Source: Tubiluchus corallicola (taxonomy: Eukaryota; Animalia; Priapulida). Taken from it: a DNA stretch of 64,000 bases. The position numbers and the translations under genes are program-made. A model generated the notes under the pieces. It was given only the letters and a program-made list of their open reading frames with translations. It did no database searches and was not told where the DNA came from. Positions 54,474 through 64,000 of the stretch are shown piece after piece; positions within the stretch are counted from its first letter, which is position 1, and each line of letters opens with the position of its first letter. The stretch lies in assembly GCA_030141605.1 (NCBI GenBank), contig JAQGDQ010000007.1, positions 248,001 through 312,000 on the forward strand, given 5' to 3'.

Positions 54474-55983
54474 GCAGGAAACAAATAGCCATGCTGTGCC
54501 ATTGCCTCTAAAAATTTCATAGCGAAATTTATGCACCGTTCAACTGATTAGAAAAATTTTATTGAAAGGTTAAGGTGTAAACACTTTGGTTTAAAAAACT
54601 TGTAATTATTGGGATACCAACTAAATTTGTAGACCAGATTTTTTATTTACTTACTTCGTCTAGCTGTCTCTCAATTGTTTTATTCTCCTTTATATTATTT
54701 GGATATTACTTTTAATATTTGATTATAATTATAATGTCTTACCAAATATTCTGGAGAGTCACTCTGCACATTTATTCACTGGTGCATAGCATACTGTTTG
54801 CATGTTGGTGCTGCCACCTGTTAAAATAATTAATCGAAAGGACACTGCTATTGAAATTTAATTTAATAATTAGATAAGATATCAGACAGTTATCATCTAA
54901 GTAATGGTCACATTGTGAGACTCATCAAAAAGTAAAATATCAAACGAGTCTTGGAACAGCTTTTTCAGAGCTACTAGGCAATTATTTTTACAGAGGTAGC
55001 TCAAGTTTTCATAACGGTTCTCTATGTTTGTATGATCTGATTGCAGTTTGTATTATTCAAAGTGTCTGCCATGTTTTGCCATTCATGTAGAGATGACTGA
55101 GTAATGATGTGTGTAATACTTGCTTTAGGGTTCATAGTTCCGATGAGTTCATAACTTGTGTTTATTTTCCATTAGAGTGAGAAGTCTTTAATACATGGCA
55201 GTTCCTTATTTTCTGATTTGATTTATTCACAAACGTTCCAGTTCTGTTCACAAATGTTTTCCAGTTTAGTAAAGATTCTCGTCTACAGTAGAAGCAACCT
55301 GAAGCCCCTAAATGTCCTGTGACAAGATGGGACACCTTGCAATATAAAATCGTAACAATAAAATATGCCAATTCTTAAAAAGAGCAATAAATGTTTAATG
55401 TTATACATGTTCCAACGTTGTAAACTATACAGAATATTGTTGAGAATTCACTTTTGACAATTTAAGTACAAATTTTAGCAATTTACAGTACAAGATTTTA
55501 CGAATTCATTTATTTCGATCATCTAAATGGCTTCTTTGTATAAATTAAAGCCCATGGATTTAGGAGAGAGATTGCTAGCCTGCCTACTAAACAATACTTC
55601 ATAAGCTTGTGCCACCCAAAGGCTATTTTTGCCTAACAACCAAAGGCAGTTTTTGCACTGCACAACATGGTGCCCATTGTTTGTCTAACAGCAGCCTACA
55701 GAATTTGTATTAAAACATAGTGCCCATGCTTGCCTCACTCTTTGTGCGAGTCTAGCAACTTCTCTCTACTCAAGCGTGGCATTTAAATCCATGATAAAAA
55801 CTCAGAAATGTTACAGTGTAAGAAGAAGTCCTGTGAGTGAGTCCAGTTCTCAGATACTCTCCACACAAGTGGCTAAATTAGTTCCAATCACTTTCAATAT
55901 TTGCCAAGTCTCTTGCAATAACCATCATCACCATCACTGGTCGACAAGAGAGTATTTATGTCACTTTTGACACCAAAAATCCA

Positions 55984-58900
55984 CTAGCTATTTTCTTCCT
56001 CGTGTTCCTCTGACTGTTGGCAGATATATTGTTCTAGATTTCTGCTGAGAGAACATTGATGACTAGATAATAACTGTGTTGTTTGAGCAGATGCAGAACT
56101 GAGAGTCTGAGAAACAACACCTCGCATGATACCTAACGGAGGTAAGCTAGCATAGTACTGAAGTCCGGCTACTGACATTATTTGACCTTCAACAACTGCA
56201 CCTGAAAAGCAATTTTTAAACTCACGATTCTAGGTTTGGCTTCAGAAATAAATCAACTAAATAATTCGACATATCATCACCATTTAGCCAGTGCAGCATA
56301 GTAAGAAAACTGTGTGCCTGTGAAATGAAGTCACACAGTCAGGTAAAATGTTCATGAAACAATGATACATGTATGAATAACTCATTTGTTCAACAGTTGA
56401 TACATATATAACATACATATATACATATATAGTATATACCATACTGAAGAGCAATATTAAGTCTGGTTATTACCATTCATGCGTAATGCACATTTCTTTG
56501 TTGAAAACATTATAAGACATTTGTGTAACATTACATATAGAATTAATAGCAATTCCATAAAAGTGAGTATAACTCCAAAAAGAAAATTCAATTTGCTCGA
56601 GGTCTGTATTACCACAAACATACCTAACAGACTGATCTGCGAGAATCCTTTTGTTTTCTTTATCAATGTAGCTACATCCGGTTTTTCACAGCTTACTATC
56701 ATGGTATATGACTGGAATAGTGGCAATATATTCTCGTATTTTGTATCCGTGAGGGCTAATCGTATGACTTTATTATTAAAGTATTGTATCTAGATAAAAA
56801 TGATAAGCATAGTTAGAAAGAATACAGTGCCAAAAAATTCTGCCACTGACTTTCATGATAATGGCTTACTACTAGACATTAAAAACATGCATAATTTTCA
56901 CGTGGGATACCCAGGCAGGACAAAAATGACTATTGCACCTGCAGGTGAGTAGAAAAGTTAAAATTTTCTGTTTAAATAAACCTATAAGAAAATCACAGTT
57001 AACAGTAACAGTAATATAACAAACAGATTTATCCTTGCAATATATAAAGCGATGTTGTAAGCAGTGGCGGCTCGCGTATAGGTACTGCAGAACTGCAGCA
57101 CCCCATATCAATGACATTCAATATAATGAGTCTTTTTTTAATTCTTTATACTTGTACATTATATAATCCTTAAGCTTAATGACAGTAAGCTTATATCAAA
57201 CCACGCGCACATGTCCAAGATAAGAAGCTGTAAACTAGGTGGAGAGAGCACTGTCGCAGTGCTTTGTGCAAGTGTAAGGTAGTGTTTCTTTTTCACTAAA
57301 TGTTCTTTTTATTGTTTGTCTCATTTTACACAATATTAAAACAATGGGTAAAAATGTTTTGAAGCAGCACACCCACTAACATTAACTACAAGCTGTTACT
57401 GTTCACAAGACAATTGATGTGTAAGAGCTCATTTGAGTGACATGTTCCATAATACATATAATTCCCAGGCATCATTACCACCAGGAAACTGGTGTTAAAA
57501 ATGAAAACTATCATCTAAGTATGTAACATAATAATGTTACCACAAAACCAGCTTTTAGTAGGCGTAATCGTATCACATCAAAGTCTCTCTGCGGCATAGG
57601 AATTTTATGAAATACAGCTACCAGTTTATTCTCCTCAAACATCTTATAAGCATGCTTCATTAAAAAAGCTTCAAATGGATGCTGAAAACAAACAAACAAG
57701 CAATAAATAATTAAGTCATACAGCAAAATATTAAATCGCGGAAGGAGAAAGAGAGAGAGAGATATGAGTAGATGGATGGACAAACAGACAAGAGGAAGAA
57801 ATAAACAAAACAAACAAAAAGGGAAAGATAAATGAGAAGGGGACAGTGAAAGAAAGAGAAAATATAGAATGAAGAAGGGGAGAAAAAGAAAAGAAAATTG
57901 CTGTTTGCAAGTGGAAGATAATTTCTGTGCATGAAATTCAAACAAATGGCAAAAATCACTGTTCGCTATGGCTGACAGACAATTGAAAGCATGTGAAAAT
58001 TAATTGCATTGTTTACTCTTTCTAATGCATAACTAACTACATTTCTAGCACAGCAGATAACAAGATAAAGCATTATAGAAAAAATAATAGACACAATAAT
58101 TAAAAAATTTGAAACTCATTACTTTAGTTCTCTCGATAACGTGCCATCTTACTGAACTAAAATATCATAATTTAAGTTTTTCTTATTTCATCTTATCATT
58201 CTAATAGACTACAGGCATTCTATTCCTGTGCCTCAACTTTAAGCATGTATGAAAAGAGCACCTAAACTGCCCATTCAGAATAATAAAGTATGAAATGTAG
58301 TGCTCACCGGAGTATTTATCCTAGCTTCATACTCCTCAGTGACAGCTTTACGAAGTGCACACGTCTCAGCCTCCGTACGAGTATCCTTTGGTAACACTGG
58401 TCTCCCAAGTTTCAAGAAAATGCCTTTCTTTACGTGTGGCTGATGTGTTTCGGGGATACCAACTCGACCCCTCTTGTGTCGCACAAAGGCCCACGGCGTG
58501 ACGAAATGTCGCCCTAAAAATGAAAATTTACATCTAGATCATCACTGATTTTGCAGCATCCTAACAATTTTTCAATATATCACCATTTTCTTTATGAAAG
58601 ACGTATTGTTCACAGCGTTGTTTATTTATCTGTTAACATGATTACACAAATCTTAATACCTACTAGAGTCCAAACTAATTGATTTCCACAAAACTTTATG
58701 GAGGTGTGAGACATGGAACAAAGAAGAATCTATTAAACTTCTGGATCATTTGAAAAACTCAAATGGACATGTTTTAGAATTATTTGACATTGACAGAATC
58801 TATGCTCTAGCGAGTACCATTCTAGTTAGTAATTATTTTGTATTCGTATATTCAATTAAGGCAATCTAAGAAATCCAGTATTTATCTAAATATTACAGCA

Positions 58901-61592
58901 CAAGTATCAAATGAATACAATAAGTACGCTTTTAAGATAATATAACAAACTACAATGTAGCTGAAAACACTCCAGCATGCTCATCTGGGAAAGCATTAAA
59001 AAGAATCAACTAAACTATAATTATTGTAGAAAACCCAGTATTCAATAAAACATAAAACTACTACACAATTGTTGTGAAAATAAATAAATTTTCCCACGAG
59101 GGAAAATTAGGCTAAAATGGTTTCTGCCAATGAATGGCTGGGAATGGGGGTAGACGATCGTTTTGTACCTTTGTTCTGTGTTTTCTTAATTAAAAAATCA
59201 AAAGTCATACCACAGTTTATTGTAATGGTAGTTTACAATAATGCTACAATAATAGTTCAAGTATCTGATACACAAAATTATTTGAAGCACTATACTAGCA
59301 TGCACTGTGCATACAAGTTAGGGCAACAACTACATGTACAAGTCTCTACACTGAGCATTTACTGGAACCAGCCTACCCTAATACAATACAATACAAGTAA
59401 ATAATTTGCAGGGAGCCAATAATAACCTATTCTCCATTGACCTCTGCTCGGAGAATCCTGTTTCGAAGAACGGAGTTTTTTGATGTAAATCAGTGTAACC
59501 AAAAATGGCTAGATTTTCTCCAAACAAAACGTGCACTAACTTGTGTGAAATCAGAAAGAATGATAAATAAGCATAATGTTGAGATTGAGACTATTGAAAC
59601 AACAAAAATAGATACTCTGCAACAACTAGCAAGAACATTTAGAGAAATTATGGAATCAAGAGAAAATATTTAGCTGTTACACAAGGAAATGTAATAAGTG
59701 GGAAGGGTGACACTTGTATGGAGAACTGGGAATGACCATATAACGATGTTAGAAGAATGTCACACTTAGGTTGTTTTCATCTTGGAAAAATCTAAGCAGA
59801 GTCAGTGAACCGCTCCAAAAGTTAAGGTGAATCCTAAATGACAGGACGTAACGAACGTGATGGACGTCTATTCATTAATTTAACGGACATGACCGACATT
59901 GCTAAAATAATAATCATGTTGCAAAAACTAATCAAATAGATTTGAATGTAATATATGGAGTCCATTGCGTTTAAACTAATGCCCAGCAGGCGCTAAACAC
60001 ACTACGTCAACAATTAACTGGATCCATTAATTTTACTTTATTTTTTTCTCAATGGACGTTCGAATTTCCGTCGTCCGCATTCAAATACACATACCAAATG
60101 TGCGTCCAACTACATGTAGTAAATGAACATAAATCACAACCATCAAAATAGTCTACAATTTACTGAATGGATGCCCAAGATTATGTAGACGTCTATTCAT
60201 TAATTTAACGGACATGACCGACATTGCTAAAATAATAATCATGTTGCAAAAACTGATCAAATTGATTTGAATGTAATATATGGAGTCCATTGCGTTTAAA
60301 CTAATGCCCAGCAGGCGCTAAACACACTACGTCAACAATTAACTGGATCCATTAATTTTACTTTATTTTTTGCTCAATGGACGTTCGAATTTCCGTCGTC
60401 CGCATTCAAATACACATACCAAATGTGCGTCCAACTGGGACCACTGCGCCAAGTAGACCAATTGGTCTACTTGGGCTAGCCCAAGTAGACAGCGGTCTAC
60501 TTGGGCTGCCCAAGTAGGACACTAGAGACAGGTCGTGAATTCAGTCGTTAAGTGTACTGACACCGTCCGTTGTGCTTGTTTATGTAATAATAATAATTAA
60601 AAACGTTAATACACGTTGAATAATTTATTATACATCTAATAAAATAAAAGAATTTTATTCTGAGCTGGTAGAACGGACAATATTAAATTTGGTTTCGATA
60701 TTAATGTTGTTGAAGTGAAAAAACCCCATTTTTTTGCGAATTCAACATTTGTTTAAGGTATATCATTTTTGATTTTGTCTCACTTCACAAACAGGTGATC
60801 CGTTTCACTACCTCTTGGGCAAATAATTGTTTTCTTATAAGTAAACGTTCTAGCGATCTATGTGTCCTACATGGGCTAGCGAGCCATGTAGGACAGGGCC
60901 CTACATGTTACAATGCTACTGATAATATTAAAACTAATTATCCTTGCTTTTCTTAAATGTTAAAAATTACTTTTTGGTGTTGTGAAGGCTTAGCAGCATC
61001 TGTCTCATTTTTAAATTTGCAATTATTTCTGTAATAACTGTGTGCAGAATTTCTCTCTTTAAAGCATTAGATACTAGGTTTAATGTTATGATATATTAAT
61101 GGAGTTAATCATAATGATGAAATTATTGTAAGAAATGCATTTGTAAATTGCCAAGGAATATCCACTTCTAAAAGAAATTTTGTTTTATGCTTTATTATGT
61201 CATAACAATACTTATAAACAATGGTAATATAAACTGGAAACAAGTTTTGCCAGAGCATGTTTCTCGACAAAAATCGCCAGTGTCCTACTTGGGCTGCCCA
61301 TGTAGGACACTACTTTTAGCGCATCAAGTGGTCTACTTGGCGCAGTGGTCCAAACGGCTCCCAACAAAGCCATCAAATTAGGGAGACCCAAACGTTAGGC
61401 GTGCGTAGTTCGACAACATTCGCCCAACCCCAACAAGTCCTGCTATTTTTACATACTCTATCAAAACAGCTATAAATAATAACTCAATCAATTAAAAACA
61501 TTCATAGAACGTATTTCACAAACATAACAATTTATAACAAGAAATAGCAAAAAAAAGCACGAACATTTTGTAAACTGCATGCCAGTCGCCAT
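55984..61592 (-). CDS. MRPL10: Mitochondrial ribosomal protein uL10m (~252 aa); exons 61565-61592, 58308-58513, 57541-57681, 56624-56789, 55984-56201
   Basis: 759 nt in frame. FNNKVIRLALTDTKYENILPLF and SLLGAVVEGQIMSVAGLQYYASLP resemble MRPL10, and the basic N-terminus fits a transit peptide. The 28-nt first exon is phase-compatible but less certain. Confidence 0.85.
59863..60436 (+). repeat. Near-identical ~249-bp direct duplication (59863-60111 and 60188-60436)
   Basis: GACGTCTATTCATTAATTTAACGG...TGCGTCCAACT occurs twice with only a few differences. Confidence 0.95.
60437..61370 (+). mobile_element. Non-autonomous DNA transposon with 23-bp perfect inverted repeats
   Basis: GGACCACTGCGCCAAGTAGACCA (60438-60460) and TGGTCTACTTGGCGCAGTGGTCC (61329-61351), plus repeated CTACTTGGGCT(A)GCCCA(A/T)GTAG palindromes. 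Confidence 0.85.
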
Positions 61593-62929
61593 ATTATTTG
61601 TTACACCTAAGGTATTTTGTACAGAAATAGCGCACCGTTAAACCGCTTTATTAACGTGCCCAACTATTTATAAAAAGTAACTGTTTAGCTGTTTTTGATG
61701 AGATCGTTAAAATAAACCCAATTTGCAGACTGCCTTTATTATTTCTTTAACGACTTCATTTGTTCAAGTTAACATCAATAGCTCAATAACATCAACATCA
61801 ATACTTTTTAAGTTTAAGTTTTAAGTTTTAATAGTTTAAGTTTTTTAAATCCGTATAGTTACACACATTTTAACAACAATGCAAGGTATAATTGAATCAG
61901 AACCTTAAAAACCATGTATGTAAGTGGTGTACTCGAGAAGTAAATATACTTGTGTAAAGCATCCCAGGTATGTGGAAAAAGAAAGAAAGAGTATGAGAAA
62001 TCATTTAAAGTATATAAGCAAGGAAACAGATAAAGACAGTTAGAGAGACATTGAGTAAAAGCAATATTGTGATGGAACTTTCCCTAAACATGGTGGTATA
62101 AAGTACATCAATTAAGTCTCCTGCTTGAAGATCTCATTAACTGCAAAATGATTTTATTAATGGTATTCTTTTGAAAATCTTGTACATTAAGTCCTTCATA
62201 CACAATGGTTTTAGTTTTTCTGAGTTTAGAAAACACAAAAAGTACTGTAATAACGTCTAAATTGGGGCAAATAGGACCCTGCTCTAAGTAGTCGATGAAT
62301 GCTGAATATGCTAAATCATCTAGACTGATACTGCTATTTATTGTTATGTTCATTAGCATTTACCATTTTGACGAGAGAACACTGTAGATATGGTTTCTTG
62401 ATGACATGGTTACCTTGAAAAAATAGAAACGAAGAACCTATTTCAAGAAAGTGAGAAAGCGAGAGAGACAGAAAGAAAGAACAAGAGGAAGGAAGAGAGC
62501 TGAAGAAATGAGAGAATGGAAAAACTTGAAAAGAACAGTAAGATTAAGTTCAGGAAATTAAAGGTCTTAATTTAACTGTATAAAGGTAATTCACAAAAAA
62601 TGCAAACGAGATTCTTGGACTCTCTTTGGGCATATTTTTTGAGAAATCAACGGAATTTGATCTGTTGCTGTGAGACTGGAAAAGTAATTGGTTATGTAAC
62701 CCCCAACTCTTGTGGCAAAAATTAAAGGAGGTCATAGTTGGCAGGGAATTTTAAAGCAATAAACCAATTGACATTGGCAGTAGTGAAGAAAAATGGAAAT
62801 GAAAAATGGAAGAAGAATAATGGAAATGGAAAAATGGAAGAAAAATAATGGAAATTACCACATGTTACAACATGGCCTGGTTACTGGTGAACAATATGGA
62901 TTCACCTCGGAAGGATATTGCATGACATG

Positions 62930-63314
62930 TACTAAATGTATAACTAGGATCAAAAAGTCAGCAAACGGAGTCAAACGTTTGGTTAAGCAAGCTGTTCCAT
63001 CACGGTCATTAAAAGTTAAAGTGCTATTGTATAAAACATTTGTCTGCCCAAAGCTTGAGTATGCAAAAGTCGCCTGGTCACTGCAGTACAATGTCCTAAT
63101 AAACCAGCTTCACTGGATTCAGAAACATTGCCTTCAAATTATGACTAATGGACAAGCTGAAGACGTTACCCCACTGTATGAAAGATGCAAGAGTATAGAT
63201 CTTATTAATTGTTTCAAAATTTTGAATGAGCTAACCATCTTGAATAAAGGTTACTTCTTCGTCCCAACTCGTCGGCGTTATGATCTACGTGGATATTTGA
63301 TGAAACTGTTCTAG
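62930..63314 (+). mobile_element. Degenerate CR1/L2-type LINE ORF2 C-terminal fragment
   Basis: LLYKTFVCPKLEYAKVAWS...QLHWIQK...DLINCFKILN...LRG. Confidence 0.85.
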
Positions 63315-63328
63315 GGTTTGCATCTTAG

Positions 63329-63735
63329 TAGGGGTGAGCATCGAACGCTCGAATTCGATTCGAACGAGTTTTTTTAGTTCGAACTCGATTCGAATCCAAA
63401 ACTATAGATTCGAATAATTCAGCACTTCAATTACACATGTTCTTTATCACTAAAACGATTGAAACATCATGCAATTAGCATAACTTAGCTGTGATTTCTG
63501 CGCACAATTTTATACCAATTACTCGTCGTTTTATTGCAGCACAAAATCTAGTGACATGCATAATCTTTGTAAGACTAATTTTTGCTGGTGGTTCGAAAAC
63601 TTGTTCGAAAATCTTTCGATCTCAATTCGAATTCGGTTCGAATTCAAAACACTGAAGTTCGGTTCGATTCGAATTCGAAAGTCACAAATTCGGTTCGATT
63701 CGAATTCGCTTTCTGGTAGAGAATGCTCACCCCTA
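63329..63735 (+). mobile_element. hAT-type MITE rich in TTCGAA, inserted at the end of the LINE fragment
   Basis: Perfect TIRs TAGGGGTGAGCAT...ATGCTCACCCCTA with perfect 8-bp TSD CATCTTAG. Confidence 0.92.
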
Positions 63736-64000
63736 CATCTTAGGCCTACTAACATAAGAGATTTCTTTTCACCTGCTGAAATATGCCTTGCCAGATGGAA
63801 TTTTACGTGATAAGTGCTACAATTTTTAGCATTTGCAAAAGTATTCTCAGCATCAAAGCCTGAGTTATTAAGTCTGAGAGACGTACCTGACTACGGTTCT
63901 GTTCACTCAAAGTATCAGAAGCCAGATCATGTGTAACCAGTTCAAGGCTAGATCTGAGAAATAGCGGTTAGTGCTAATTGTTACCTACTGTACGCTATTA

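Noticed and set aside
60438-60520. CRISPR-like array or RAG recombination signal
   Set aside because: Eukaryotic context, no unique spacers and no nonamer. These are transposon subterminal repeats.

Overview
AT-rich, intron-rich eukaryotic (invertebrate animal-like) genomic DNA, so the ORF track is mostly exon fragments or noise. Six spliced genes were rebuilt by hand from GT-AG junctions with consistent phases: MMADHC (-), two tandem CD73/5'-nucleotidase-fold paralogues (+, 11 coding exons each), the 25-aa ribosomal protein RPL41/eL41 (+, absent from the ORF track), Rab5 (-) and MRPL10 (-). Introns and intergenic DNA carry hAT MITEs with 8-bp TSDs, Helitron-like elements, a solo LTR, LINE fragments and microsatellites. 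The standout feature is the 5'-nucleotidase pair. Both reading frames are intact, yet all three metal-binding histidines are replaced in each (five of six changes go to Asp) and the bridging Asp is Glu. Paralogue 1 keeps the catalytic His, has altered phosphate-binding Arg positions, a 46-aa Asp/Glu/Tyr insert and a GPI-type tail. Paralogue 2 has lost the catalytic His, keeps the full nucleotide pocket and ends in a polybasic tail. This suggests a repurposed, possibly two-component extracellular system. Function is inference, and comparisons to human proteins are from recalled motifs, not a database search.
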